Assembly (NCBI RefSeq): GCF_009914755.1
Contig: NC_060927.1
Reading direction: 5' to 3' (one strand)
Origin: the human T2T-CHM13v2.0 reference genome, Homo sapiens
Length of the DNA stretch: 64,000 nucleotides
Both the position numbers and the translations under genes were made by a program. The notes beneath the pieces were generated by a model, which saw only the letters and a program-made list of their open reading frames with translations, was not told where the DNA came from and ran no database searches. Positions 40,434 to 54,750 of the stretch are shown piece after piece; within the stretch, counting starts at the first letter, position 1, and each line of letters starts with the position of its first letter.

Positions 40434-40761
40434 AACAGTAACTATTTCTAAAGTACGTTTGCTATATGTCAGTCCACGTGCATTTGTGCATTTCATGCAT
40501 TTATCCCAGAAGCTTTTACCCAAGCTTTATCCAAGGCCACACAACTGGTTTGTCTAAAACCAAAGCAGTCTGACCCTAGAGTAAGCAAGTGAATGAATGA
40601 CCCTCTTAGATCTAGGTCTCTAAAACAAGGGTAATGATAGAGCCAGCAGCCCCACAGAATTCCCGTGAGGATTTGATGACATAAGCTGTGAAATGTTCTA
40701 ACAGCCCAGAGCTGGGCTCATCAGATAGGACTCGTTACTATTAATATGTCAGTACAGAGTA

Positions 40762-41063
40762 GGCCGGGCGCGGGGCTCATGCCTGTAATCTCAACACTTT
40801 GAGAGGCCGAAGTGGGTGGATCACTTGAGGTCAGGAGTTCGAGACCAGCCTGGCCAGCATGGCGAAACTCTGTCTCTACTAAAGATACCAAAATTGGCCA
40901 GGTGTGGTGGTGGGTACCTGTAATCTCAGCTACTTGGGAGGCTGAGGCATGAGAATTGCTTGAATCCAGGAGGCAGAGGTTGCAGTGAGCCAAGATTACA
41001 CCACTGCACTCCAGCCTAGGCGACAGAGTGAGACTCGTCTCAATTAAAAAAAAAAAAAAAAAA
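40762..41063 (+). mobile_element. AluSx-like
   Basis: Full dimer ggccgggcgcgg... with poly-A. Confidence 0.95.
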
Positions 41064-44035
41064 GAATGGCACAGAATGAAGGCCTTGGTGGGTGGGCACT
41101 ATAGCAGCAATCTGTATATTTCCAGCATCCTGTCACTCCTTGAAGGACCATGAGCTCCCTATGCGTTTCTGATGGGGGAAGAGGCGATTGCTGCGTCCAG
41201 TTTTAGAGAGACCCGAAGGAGTTGGAGGCTGCTCTGGAAATTGTCAAGAGACCCCACATTGTCATTTGTCATTGAGAACTGAGAAGGGAGTGGGGATGGG
41301 GAAGGATGAAGGAGAAGGGAACGGGAAGGAAGCTTTTTACCTGCTGGGACAGCTTTCCCCTTTTAAGCTCTTGGAGTAATGCCCCTGACATCTTTATTAG
41401 CATCTTGAAGATAGGAAAACAGTTACGGGACGTGTATGGGGCAAGTACATACATGACTGCTCCATGGAGTGCCCTGTCAACTCTGGTTCAGACTCAGGCA
41501 GATTGGGATTCAGTTCTCCATTCTCTTCTCACTCTGGTTCCTTGGCCCAGCCCAGTAACTTGGTCTCTCTGAAGCCCAGTGTCATCATCTTTCATGGGGT
41601 GAATGGAGCCCAGCTCTCGGATTCGGTTATGCGTTGTGTGCGGGGGATGATCCGAGAGGAATGCACAGAGCCGGGCCCAGGGCATGTGCGTGGCAGCCGC
41701 AGCTCCAGCTAGAAATGATTCAGATGGAAATGCACATTACACTGGAGCTGGGGTCCTGCTTTGATTCCATCGTTCCCAGTTCCTTCCTCCGTGTGGTTTG
41801 CCCATCTTGAGCTCTTGGGCAGGGATGGGGGAGGCAACACCCCAAGCACCAAGATTCCAGGTTTGAAGTCCTACGCGGGCTGCTGAGGAGGATTCTGTGT
41901 TTACCTAGACCTCTTTCATATAGCCCTTCAAAAAGATAATCACTCCCTGAGGCCATTTCTCTGGAAATTTCCCTTAAAGGATTCCATATTTGAAGGTGAT
42001 AAAGAAATGACAGGCATTTAAGCAGTCTAAGGCAAGGCTTGGGCTCTCTTCCACCTGACTGGTTCCCTCCTGCTTTTAACAGGAAATGCCTCCTGCTCTT
42101 TCTCCCCACCAGGGCCAGGCAGTCCCCAAGAAACAGGCATCTCCCCCACGGTCGTCTGCTGGCTTAAGCCAAGCTGTTCCCTCTGACACCGCCCCTGTGT
42201 GGCATATGATGTTGCAACACCTCCCACCCAGGAAGCAGCAGTTTCATCTGTGTTGACAGGCACTGTGAAATAGTGAATCTGCACCGAATTGGTTTGTTTG
42301 AGTAGTAGTACTGTCTCTTTGACTCCTGATCAATATTTGGCCAGTTGCGTCGGGTGTGAAACTCCGAGGGGGCAGGTGCTGGAAGAAGGCCCCTGGAGGA
42401 ACCTTGAACTGCAGATAGTTTAAGGCACTTGGAAATTACACTGACTTTCAGACAGAGCATATCACATTAGTTTATCTAAAGCCCCAAATGAAGAGGATGG
42501 GGTGGGGGTGGGGAGCCTACTATTTACTGTGGAACCACTGAGAAAATATCCTTGACATTGATTTAGGATCAGAGGACCTTGGGTGCTCTGCTAGAAGACT
42601 CTTCATTACTTAAGGAAGCCTGGGATCATAATTAAAGGTGGTTCAGAGTGAAGGCAGAAATTCTCAGAGCTGGTGAGGAGCAGTACCTTCATGCCTGTGA
42701 GAAGCAATCGGACCCCAGTGGGAACATAATCAGGCCCCTGAAAGGGGAAAGGCTGTTGTCAGGAGGCCTCACAGGGGATATTTGTTTAGAGATCCGGGTG
42801 TGGCACCTCCCGCATGGTTAAAAGGCTTCAATTTTGTGCAAAAGGACGTATCAAGAGGTCTATCAGACTTCCCTTTGTTAGGTGCAGTTTACAAGGACCA
42901 TTGAGAAGAGATAGATAAGTACAAGTATTGGGCATCTGTGGTGTGCCCTCGAGAGTGCTCCTGGTGTTCATTTTAGACCAGTAGAAAACTCACCTCGCCT
43001 TGGGGGCCAGAGAGCTGCCGGGGAAGTGGGCTGAGCAGAGGCAACGGGGAGTGGTGGAGACTATGGCAAAAAAAAAGAAAAATTGAGTACACACTCCCAT
43101 CTAAAGGAAATGGTTGCTCTCCTGCTCTAGCTCACCACTGCCACGTGTGGATGCAGGCGTGATTTTAAAGCCCATATTTATATGTAAAATATACCATTTT
43201 TTTAACACTGTGTGGGCCATAGAGTGTGTCCACGTACTTGCCATTGGGCCTGAGGCCCACAACTTTGGGTTTATCCACAGTGTTCCCTCGTAATCCTCAC
43301 TGCAACCTTGTGAGGAAGATAATTGCTAGACCCTAGTCATCCATTTTACAGATGCGGACACAGGATTTGCATGGGTCTGGCTCCAAAGCCCACACTTTCT
43401 GTTATACCAGCTCTTCCAAACTGATCTATAGAATTCTGTTTTGCTGCGTTTGCCTGTTTCCTTTTTGGACTTTTGAGGGAGGTGTTGTTTGAAAGAAGGG
43501 TTTCCATCACTTAAAGAGCAAGCAGAACTTTGGAAGCACAAGGCACAGTGGTGTCTGCCTGCTCGCTTGCCTGAGTTATTTGACGGGTGTCTGGTACTAT
43601 CGTTGCCCCAGTCGCCAAGCATCGGTGGTTTTTGTTCCCTCTGTAGACTGAATGCTTTTCTTATTAGCAGAAGGCATGAGTTAAAGACCAGAGACAAGAT
43701 CCTCAACACATTTGAGGCTCCTGGCAGTGACCCCAGGAATGAATTGTGTGGCACTGATTTTGTACATGGAATCCTCTTCAATGGAGGACGCTCAAAACAG
43801 CATCCCTCATTCCGTCAGAGAAACGCGAGCCCCTGCCAAGGGTACCAGTGATAAGGAGCTTGGTGGTCCCTGCCTGGGAGATGCTTGCAGCTCAGTCAGG
43901 GGGACACAGAGGTGGGTAGGTGGTGAGGACAGAGGGTGATGGGCACACAGGGTGAGGAGGGAAGCAGTGAGAGTGCAGGAGGACACGGGTGGCCCATCGG
44001 CCTCAGAGGGGAAGCAGGGTGTTGAAGCTGGATTT

Positions 44036-44346
<311 letters not shown>

Positions 44347-44509
44347 TGAAGCCGGATCTTTAAGGGGGCTGGGGTGGGGGCTGGCCAGAGATGCGTCCAT
44401 GAAGAGGAAGATGGCAAGCCATGAGGCTGACGATGTGGAAGGGGAACATGTCACACAGGACCTGTGGACCACGGGAAAGACTAAGGCTGTTACTCCATAT
44501 ACAACCAAC

Positions 44510-44720
44510 TTTCTGTTCATTCAGCAAGTATTGATTGAGAGCCCACTACGTGCCAGGCACTGTCTTAGATGCAAGGTAATGAACCAGACAAGACAGAAAA
44601 GGCGCCAGCCTTGTGGAGCTTCCACCTAGTGGGGGAGATAGATAATTACAGATCGTCAATGAAGTCAATAATACAACTCCACGTACTAGTAAGTGCTGGG
44701 AAGAATCTAAGCTCTGTGAA
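44510..44720 (-). mobile_element. L2 3' end
   Basis: ttcattcagcaagtattgattgagagcccactacgtgccaggcactgt. Confidence 0.75.
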
Positions 44721-44831
44721 GGAGCAGGCCTGTCAGCCTGTGCAGAGGGGCAGAATTCAGTGCCAAGAATACAGTGCAGTTGATAATTGTGTTTCAAAAA
44801 AAGGCTTGGCCTCTCCTTACTGTCGCAATCT

Positions 44832-45155
44832 GGGATCAGCACTGATCCACGGGCCGAAACTTACTCCCCACCACCTTTTGTGTAACCATGAGCTAAGAAT
44901 GGTTTCTATATTTTTAAACAGTTGGAGAAAAATCAAAAGAATATTTTGCAACACATGAAAATCCTATGAAATTGAACTTGTGTCCATAGATATTTCTGCT
45001 GGAGCACAGCCACACTCATTCATGTTTACATACTATCTGTGCTGCTTTGTGCTTCAAAGGTGGAATCAGTAGTGGTTACGAGAGACCATGTGGCCTGCAA
45101 AGCCGAAAATATTTACTATCTGGCCCTTTACAGAAAAAATGTTTGCCATCCTCTA
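44832..45155 (-). mobile_element. MER58B-like hAT MITE
   Basis: gagctaagaatggttt...aaaatcaaaagaatatttt...tggcctgcaaagccgaaaatatttactatctggccctttacagaaaaa. Confidence 0.85.
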
Positions 45156-45569
45156 TTCTAGGCCCTCCTAGTACTCTGCAAATGCCTCCTCCAAATTTGG
45201 CCCAGTATAGCTAGAAAAAGCCACTACCCAGGATGGGGGGTAGAGAACAGAAGAGACATCTCTCATCAGACTGCTCTTCCTATAGCTCCTCAGCCTGCAA
45301 AGCCCTGGCCTCATGCTCCTCCTCTCGTGTAATCAGGGACAAGCATGGATCTTTGGAGGCCATTAAGTTACAGAATTCCCTTCCTGGCAGGTGATCCCGT
45401 TAGAGCGAGGCCAGATCTACCTCCTTTGAGAGCTTAACTCAGTATTTTTTAATACATTGAGACAGTGAGATTCTGTACCATCATTCAAGACAATGACACT
45501 AAGCTCTACTTATTGACGAGGAAATATACCCATGAGTTGTTGAGTAAAACACAACAACAAAAAATTCTA

Positions 45570-45868
<299 letters not shown>

Positions 45869-46497
45869 ATTCCATTCTAGTGCCATCCACATCCTATTCT
45901 ATTTCTATCAATTGTGCGTATGTACTTTCACATGTATATAAAGAGATAACTGCATGTTGGAGTCCCAGAATGTTCACAATCGTTTTCTCTGGGCACTGAG
46001 ATTTGGGGTGAATTTTTTCTTTTAACTTTCTTTTTACTTTTTTGTACTACTTGGGTTCCTTTTTTAAAAAATATTAACATGAATCATCTTAATGCACACA
46101 GAAAAACCCATCTATTTTAATTTCAAAAAATAAGAAGAATGGTTGCATCTGTATGTGGGTGACAGAATTATTTATGGGGGTATGATGTAACTGTCAGAGA
46201 GGGATGCTTCCCCATACAGTGTTCATTGCTATTTGGAGCAGGGGAATGAATGCTTTCAGAATGAGGAAGATAAATAAGAACATGGTGGGAGGTGAGAAAA
46301 GATAGAGAAGTTAGGAAATCTGAGATGGTCATCATTATGGGATATAGAAGCTTCCCAATATGTACATCTCGGTTCGTTATTAGTATTTGGAACGCTGGGG
46401 GTGTAGCTATTTCCTGATCTTTCCCCCGCCTCCTCCGTGTTCTGTCTTGAAAAACTATGAAGCCACTTAGAAGCCGGAGTATTTAAAAACAGTAGGT

Positions 46498-46516
46498 TGG
46501 CGCCACCTAGTGCCCA
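46498..46516 (-). promoter_or_regulatory. Candidate CTCF binding site
   Basis: Minus strand reads TGGGCACTAGGTGGCGCCA, a near-perfect match to the CTCF core (TGGCCACYAGRKGGCGC). It sits in unique, locally CpG-richer sequence. Confidence 0.75.
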
Positions 46517-47611
46517 CGTTCTGTCACTCCGCCCTCATGTCTCCGTGGAAGCCTCCCTTCAGATTCTTTGTTTGATGTCCCTTCTCTGGTGGCATTTGCG
46601 CAGCGGACAGCGTGATGCCTCCCAGGGGTTCTGCGGGGCAGTGGGAATGACCCACTAATTTATCCCTTCCTCCCTCCCTCCCTTCCTTCCGTTTCTGTCG
46701 CACTAAGTGAACCTTACCAACTGAACTGGGGTTTGGCAGTTGAAGAGTAAAAGGTGGCCTCCCTGTCAAAACCAATCTACTTTTCTCCACCGGCCAGGTC
46801 CTCAAAGCTGGGCCATGCGTCTCTGGCAGGAAAGCCATCCTGTCCCCAGAGCTGCCTTGGGTTTTGGGTTCTTGAGTAGGAAATACGGGAGTCTGGTTCC
46901 TGGTGGGCTGCAGGGCATGTGGGTGGTCTTTGGAAGATGCCAGCGGGTCAGAACCAAGCCGTGGTCCCCTGGCCTGTCTCTGCCAGCACGCCCGCTTACT
47001 TCTTACCCGGTTCCTGCACCCAAACCAGAAGGTCCTCCTCACCCTCCCCTGCCCTCCTTACCCGGCACATCACCAGGCCTCTGCGTTTTACCTCCTAACT
47101 GTAAGCTCTAGGACCTGCCATTCCTCCCTGGTCTTCCAGCAATTGGCCATTGCCGCCCCTCCTCACAGGCCCCCTCCTCCACACTTGGCTTCTCTGGGGC
47201 CTTCTACACTCAGCTGAAGTTCAGGGGATCTTTGTAAAGCACCAACCTGATTGCATCACTCTGGGGCTCAGTTCTTTCCAGGGGTGTCCAAGGACTCGTG
47301 GGAGAAAGGCCAGAGTTCAAATCTGGCCCCAAGGCTTCTCACTGCAGCTACACCTGTGCCCTGCCTGCCTGTCTTTTCTGTGACTTGCTCCAGCCCCTCA
47401 GACCTTCCCACCGGATCCCTTTACAGCTCCCACCCCCTTCATCTCCATAAGCTCTCAGCTCTCAGTTACATGAACCTTCCTCAAGGGCATCTTCCCTGGG
47501 TGCCAAAGCCCGAGCCACCTCTTCCTCTCCCTCCTCTCCCTCCATCCTGTCCTGGCGTGCAGTGATGGCTCTGCGCATGGGATTCTTTGGTGAGCCTCCA
47601 TCTCTTAGAGT

Positions 47612-47826
47612 GGAGGTTCTCAGCCGAAGGTGATTGGCCCCTGCAAGCAACCTTTGGCAACACCTGGAGACATTTTTGGTTGTCACAAGTTGAGGACGGG
47701 GAGCAGAGCTACTGGCATCTAGCAGATGGAGGCCAGGGATGCTGCTATACAGTACACAGGACAGTCCCCAAGAGCAAGGCATTGTCTAGCTCAAGAGGTC
47801 ATGGGTGCTGAGGGTGAGAACCCCTG
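47612..47826. mobile_element. MER20 hAT MITE (inside an L2 relic)
   Basis: ggttctcag...ctggagacatttttggttgtcacaa...ctactggcatctag...gaggccagggatgctgcta...tgagaacccctg. Confidence 0.85.
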
Positions 47827-48532
47827 CCCTGGACCATCAGCTCCATGAAGGCAGGCAGCACGGCCACACGGGTCTGGACACCCCTGAGAAAGCACACATT
47901 TCCGGCTGACTGGATTGGACCTGTTGAGCATTTGTATAACTCATTCAGACCTGTCAAGGTCTCAACACTTTCATAGGTTTGTCTGTAAATAGATTTAGAT
48001 CCACCGTGTCCCTTAAACCTCTCAGCCCCAAGGAATAAGAAGATGAATGAGCCTGACTTTTCCTTACACCCCACGTCAGGATAATTACACGGGGTTCTGC
48101 TGTTCCAGAGAAAGTCATCCTTGTGTTATGTGACTTTGCTTTAAAATTATTTAAAGTCTCATCTTAAATTTATTTATTTACACTCGGACCTGTTTACAAT
48201 AAGATTTCGTCTACAATTTTAGTTAGCACACTCCACCAGTCCAACGGCCTGGCTTCTTCAAAACGTCCATCATGAAGAAAAAGGCTGTTGACCATGAGGC
48301 TGAAGTCAGGGGGACACAGTGATTAAGGATCTTTTGGAGACAGCGGGGAAAATTTGAATATGGACTATATATGAGATAATAGTATTGAATTCATGTTTAG
48401 TTTCTTTCATGTGAAACTGGTATTATGGTTACATAGGAGAGTGTCCTCAATCTTGGGAGATGCAGGACAGAGTATCTAGAGGAGAAGCGTCAGAATGCTG
48501 CAGTGTTTACTGGCCTAGCAGAAAAACAGTTC

Positions 48533-48760
48533 TGTGTGTGTGCGCATGTGCATCTGTGTCCCGTGCATGTGTGTGTGTGCATCTGTGCCCCATGCACATG
48601 TGTGCGTGTGTGCGTCTGTGTCCCGTGCACGTGTGTGTGCGCATGTGCCTCTGTGCCCCGTGCACATATGTGTATGTGCATTTGTGTCCCGTGCACGTGT
48701 GTGTGCATCTGTGTCCCTTGCACACGTGTGTGTGCATCTGTGTCCCGTGCACGTGTGTGT
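48533..48760. repeat. GT/CA-rich minisatellite, about 7 units of 28-34 bp (gtgcatctgtgtcccgtgcacgtgtgt)
   Basis: Units read directly from the sequence; embedded in an old L1M relic (about 48240-48870). Confidence 0.92.
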
Positions 48761-48795
48761 GAGAGAGAGGGAGAACAATGTTCTCCCTCTCTCTC
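48761..48795. repeat. Perfect inverted repeat (17-bp arms, 1-nt spacer)
   Basis: gagagagagggagaaca-a-tgttctccctctctctc. Confidence 0.97.
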
Positions 48796-48947
48796 TACAC
48801 ACACAATGTTAAGAGGACCCAGGAGAAGGGAGCATGGGTGCTTCCTGTATTACTCTTTCAACTTTTTGAGGCTGCAGTCCTTAGGGGCACGGATTGAATG
48901 GCGCATTGTTCTGAAAGCTCCCTGAGCTGAGCCCTGTGTATCTTCAG

Positions 48948-49132
48948 TTTGCAGCTCTCCACCCATCCACATGAAGGTGCAGCCTCTGAACCAGACGGCA
49001 CTGCAGGTGTCCTGGAGCCAGCCGGAGACTATCTACCACCCACCCATCATGAACTACATGATCTCCTACAGCTGGACCAAGAATGAGGACGAGAAGGAGA
49101 AGACGTTTACAAAGGACAGCGACAAAGACTTG
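48948..49132 (+). CDS. PTPRG: PTPRG exon 9 (185 nt, phase 1-0): FN3 domain first half, (V)[61 protein letters not shown]
   Basis: Acceptor tatcttcag|, donor TTG|gtatga. Shows FN3 hallmarks LxVSWxxP and YxIxY. Translated by hand because it is not in the ORF track. Confidence 0.97.
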
Positions 49133-49782
49133 GTATGAAGCCCCTCCTCTGATTCAGGGTACATGCTGCAGAGAGGGACTCCTGCTGCAGCTCTCTGCCA
49201 GGCACTGCACAGTGTGCCAGCTCTGTGTCATCTGTCCTCACACTGTCTGGTGAACATGGGCACTGCCATTGCTGCGCTGCTCGAGAGTGCCGGGGAGGAC
49301 AGTGGATGGAGCCTGCCTGGGCGCCATCCTGACCTTAGACTTAACAGCTATGCAACCCGGAGAGCCGGTTCATTTCTTTAGATTGGTTCCTTTAAAACTG
49401 ACTGCTTTTTCTTTCATTATTAACAGCCTCAATTAGGCCCTTTTCATCTGATGGGATTATCATAAATACTAAATGAGCTATGCAAGTATTCAACAGGTCC
49501 TATATAACTGTATAAATATTAACTATTATTTATTACGATCATTCTCCTCTTCCTCTTCCCCTACTAAAGCTACTGCTGCTGATGTCACCACCACCACTGT
49601 CCACAGTCGCTGCCACTTCCCTTTGTCACATTTGTTCTGCCTTACACATTTCCAATACCTGCCAAACCCCTACAGCTGTGTAATATTTTATCTCTTTTCT
49701 CAGATACTCAAATGCTATACTATCTGACCTCACTTTGGGCTACACGTGCCTAATTCAATGTCTCCTCTAAAAATTTACATAA

Positions 49783-50188
<406 letters not shown>

Positions 50189-51517
50189 TACAACTTCTGT
50201 CTTTAAGTCTTTGCCTAAAAACTCAAAGTGACACATTTGGTTTGAAAGCCTTGCGTTTATTGTTAATCAAAGGAAGGCTCTGGAATAATGAAACCCGTAA
50301 TTGTATATGCACATGAAAAATGCAGTAGCACCAAGTGGGATTCTTAATGACTGTTATCACTTTTTTTCTCCAATACAGAGTCCTCCGGGCCCATTCAATC
50401 AGTTATAGAATAATACTTTTCATATTTCTTTAGATGAAGATTCTTTTACTTCATTTCCATTTATATTTTCAATTTCCCCACTAGACATTGTTATCTGGGT
50501 CACGTTAGGGAATGATGAGCTTCGTGAAATCAAAGAGGAATGTGTTGAAAGGCACCCAAGGTTATGATGTATTTTAACCTTTCTCTTGTCACAACTGGAA
50601 GTCCATAAGGGATTTTTCTCTTTCTGGAGTGAAGATGGCTTGCATTAATCAGCAGAAACCATCTAGGCGCTTATGCAGTTTCTTGTTCTAAGTGGAAAAT
50701 AATTAAACATGCAAAGATGAATAGATACCGTCTTGGAGTGAATTCTAATAAATCCCTGCATAGATGGAGTGAAGATTTCGCTCTGAACAGAAGATGGGGT
50801 CAGAGGTTTAGAGAATGAAGCATAAATTAGTTTCAGAGAAAAAGAGAGATGTAGAGAAAAACATGCATTGACAGCAACTTCTTTCTTACAAGAATTTCTA
50901 GGGCTGGTTATTTTCTTTGGGGACACACAAAATTAATTTTTCTAATTCCTCAGCGAGTGAAGAGTGCTGACTTAGTGGCAACAGAGCTATTCTCTAACTC
51001 ATCATGGTTATTGTGGCCCAGAAACCTGGAAGTAATACATATCATTTGAGCAGCATTTTCTAGAGGGCATCCACCTTCCGCATCGTCACCACAAACCTGT
51101 GGGCAGGTGTTATTGCCCGCCTTTTCCAAACGAGATCAGTGAGGCTTAAAGTTAAATAACATGGCCCTAGCCTACCCCTCTCACTAGGAAGCTGCTTTCA
51201 AGGCAACAGCAGCAGGTGTGGCCACAATAACATTTTAATACCAGTTCAGAGGTTTTCAATAGCTGCGTTGGGAAAACCCACTCCCAATCGGTGGCTAAGC
51301 TCACAGAGCTGCTTCTATACTTGGCCCAGAACACATGCTTTGATGATAAGACAACTCATCTATTAAGAAGAGTCTTTGAAAATCAGTTGCTTTTGTTGTT
51401 CGTTTCTTTAGGAAGCAAGTGCTGCCTGTTTTTTAGGTAGTTTCCATTTTCTCGTTTTTAAAGGCTGTCAGAATGAAACTGTGAGGAAGAGGGACCTGGA
51501 TTTGGCTAATGTTTGAC

Positions 51518-51722
51518 AAGAGGTTGGCAAACTTTTTTCTGGAAATGGCTACATAGTAAATATCTGAGGCTTTACAGGTCATGGAATCTCTGGCATAACT
51601 ACTCAACTCTGCCATTGTAGAGTGGAGGGAGCCATACACCTACCTAAACAAATGGCCGTGGCTGTGCCAATAAAACTTTATTTATAAAAACAGACAGTGG
51701 GCCACAGCTTGCCAACACCCCT
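51518..51722 (+). mobile_element. MER58A-like hAT MITE
   Basis: gaggttggcaaactttttt...aactactcaactctgccattgtag...ccaataaaactttatttataaaaacag. Confidence 0.85.
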
Positions 51723-51952
51723 ATGTTAGCCAAGTGGCATTCTTTCTGTTGCTCGGTGTGGTCTACCTCTGAGCAAGGTTTGCTGGGCCTATGTTATGTA
51801 ATTCTCACAAGTACCTATGAAGTAGCTCTTCCTCTCCCCATTTTACAGAAGATAGCAGAGGCTGAAAGAACTGACTCAGAACCCCACAGCTTGTGAGTGG
51901 TATGAGGAGACTATGTCCTCTGCCTTCTAGCCTGGTGTTCTTCCTTGCATCA

Positions 51953-52295
<343 letters not shown>

Positions 52296-52539
52296 GAATA
52301 ATGTTACTCTTTCCTGTGTCCTGAACATTTCGGTGTTGAAAACAGGTTCCCAGGGAAGCTCATAAAAATAGATTCCCAGGCAGGGTCCAAGCGGTCTTTC
52401 CTTCCAAAGTGAGCCTTTGGTCAGCAGGGAAGCATCACACCTGTCAGGCATTGTCACGGCACTCAGGTTTGGCTTTAGAATGCAAAGTGTGCCTTGGCCT
52501 TCAAAACTAACTCACTGCTTTTTCCTTCTTTACTTACAG

Positions 52540-52648
52540 AAAGCCACCATTAGCCATGTCTCACCCGATAGCCTTTACCTGTTCCGAGTCCAGGCCGTGT
52601 GTCGGAACGACATGCGCAGCGACTTTAGCCAGACGATGCTGTTTCAAG
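52540..52648 (+). CDS. PTPRG: PTPRG exon 10 (109 nt, phase 0-1): FN3 domain second half, [36 protein letters not shown]
   Basis: Branch-point-like actaac at 52506-52511, pyrimidine tract, ttacag| acceptor, AAG|gtgagg donor. Contains the FN3 tyrosine-corner motif PxxxYxFRVxAV. Confidence 0.98.
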
Positions 52649-53264
52649 GTGAGGCTGGCTTCCCCTCCTGTGGCCGGGGTGCCCCTGAGACTCCCTCCCA
52701 ATGCTTTCTGCTTCTTCCTGCTCAGGTGCTGGGGAAAAATACAAACAAGCCTGGCAGAAGAATCAGTGTAGGGTTTTAAAGCCTATGCGGGAAGCCCTAG
52801 TAATTTAGGTCTTTTAGGTTGGAGGTTTTATCGGCAGAAGAGGGGAGAAAAAACAAAACATTTTTGATTGTTTTATTGTTATTTTCCAACTGTGGGGAAC
52901 CAAGTACTCGGGCCTTTTTCTCGGTCACTGTCCAGCGCTGTGTCAGATCACACAATCACTTCCAAGTTGTACCGCTGAATATCCTCTTTGTCTTTCTAAC
53001 GTGATTCAGTTAGCTGTTCTCTCAAAAACTGCAGCCCATAGCAGCTACACCTCACCCTTCCGACTTGCAAGCCACACAAACAAGCGCCTGCATGCAGGAT
53101 CCTTGAGATTCCTGGATCTAGATAGATGGTCCTGATGACTTAGGGACTAATAGAAAGGTCCAGGGCCAGAACTAGGGTGAAGCAAATGGGACATTTGCCT
53201 TTGCTCAAAATTTTAAGGGGCACCAAAAAATTGAGTGACCAAGAGACATAACATTTTAGTGGGA

Positions 53265-53564
53265 TTTTTTTTGTTTGTTTGTTTGTTTTGAGATGAAGTC
53301 TCGCTCTGTTGCCCAAGCTGGAGTGCAGTGGGGTGGTGTTGGCTCACTGCAACCTCTGCCTCCTGGGTTCAAGTGATGCCTCAGCCTCCTGAGTAGCTGG
53401 GATTACAGGCACCTGCCACCACGCCCAGCTAATTTTTTGTATTTTTACTAGAGACGGGGGTTTCACCATGTTGGCCAGGCTGGTCTTGAACTCCTGACTT
53501 CGTGATCTGCCTGCCTTAGCCTCCCAAAGCTCTGAGATTACAGGCGTGAGCCACCACGCCCGGC
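53265..53564 (-). mobile_element. AluS
   Basis: Reverse dimer with (TTTG)n tail; TSD tgggat(t/g)tttt. Confidence 0.95.
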
Positions 53565-53592
53565 AATGGGATGTTTTTTAAAAGCAAAATTA

Positions 53593-54008
<416 letters not shown>

Positions 54009-54339
54009 CTAATCCCAGTCCTGGTTCCAGTATTATTTAGGCAGCTGTGGGCTGTAGCCACGGGCCGTAGTTTGGTGATTTGGTTTGATGACAGGCCTTA
54101 AGACCAGCATGGAAGTAGGGACCAGGGTGCTGGACTCTGCTCTGCCAGCCTGAGGTCCTCTTGGATCAGGTCCTTGACTTCTCAGGTCCTCAGTTTTCCC
54201 TGAGGGAAAACTTATCTGTCAAATAAGAAAACCACGCCAGGTTAACCAGGCCAGTGGTGAACGCTTTTTGAGTTACAAATCTGATGAAGGTTTGGACATT
54301 TTCCCTACAAAGTGCTAGAATTTTGCATACAACTTTGGG

Positions 54340-54510
54340 GACCCAGTCAGGCATGTGAGTTGTGGACCAGCAGCAGCAGCAGCAACTGCAAGATCTCCTG
54401 GAAGCCTCATTTGAGAAGTGCACATTCATGGGCCCCTCCCAGACCAACTGCATCAGAATGTTACCTGGGGCAGGGGGCGTTATCCAGGAATCTGAGCTTT
54501 CACAAGTTGG
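54340..54510. mobile_element. MER5-like MITE containing a short (CAG)5
   Basis: gtggaccagcagc...gggcccctcccagaccaactgcatcagaa...caggaatctg. Confidence 0.6.
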
Positions 54511-54539
54511 CCCTGATGGCCCTGGGAGCTGGCAGGCAC

Positions 54540-54750
54540 TGTAAGGGGTTCTGGAGTGAGGACCTCTGGTCTGAGTCCCAGCTGCCTTTTGGAAGCTGCA
54601 CAACTTTGAGAATGTTTCTTAACTGCTTGAACCTGTAGTTTCCCAATCCAAAAAGTGGCAGTATCCATAGTACCTACCCCATAGGGTCTTTGTAGAATGA
54701 TGTGGGGTAATGGATGTTAAGTCATTCACATAGTGCTAGTTACTGGCACT
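54540..54750 (+). mobile_element. MIR SINE
   Basis: ctggagtgaggacct...atagtacctaccccataggg. Confidence 0.65.

Noticed and set aside
46524-47565. Dense overlapping ORFs of 100-172 aa
   Set aside because: GC-rich, partly L2-derived DNA with low stop-codon density and no consistent frame.
48533-48760. CRISPR-like repeat array
   Set aside because: Units are contiguous with no unique spacers, there are no cas genes and the context is a human intron.
48460-48925. Cys/His-rich ORFs resembling metallothionein or zinc-finger proteins
   Set aside because: Translation of the GT-rich minisatellite, which is open in most frames.
54362-54544. Poly-Q ORF / CAG expansion locus
   Set aside because: Only about 5 CAG units inside a MER5-like MITE; intronic and non-coding.
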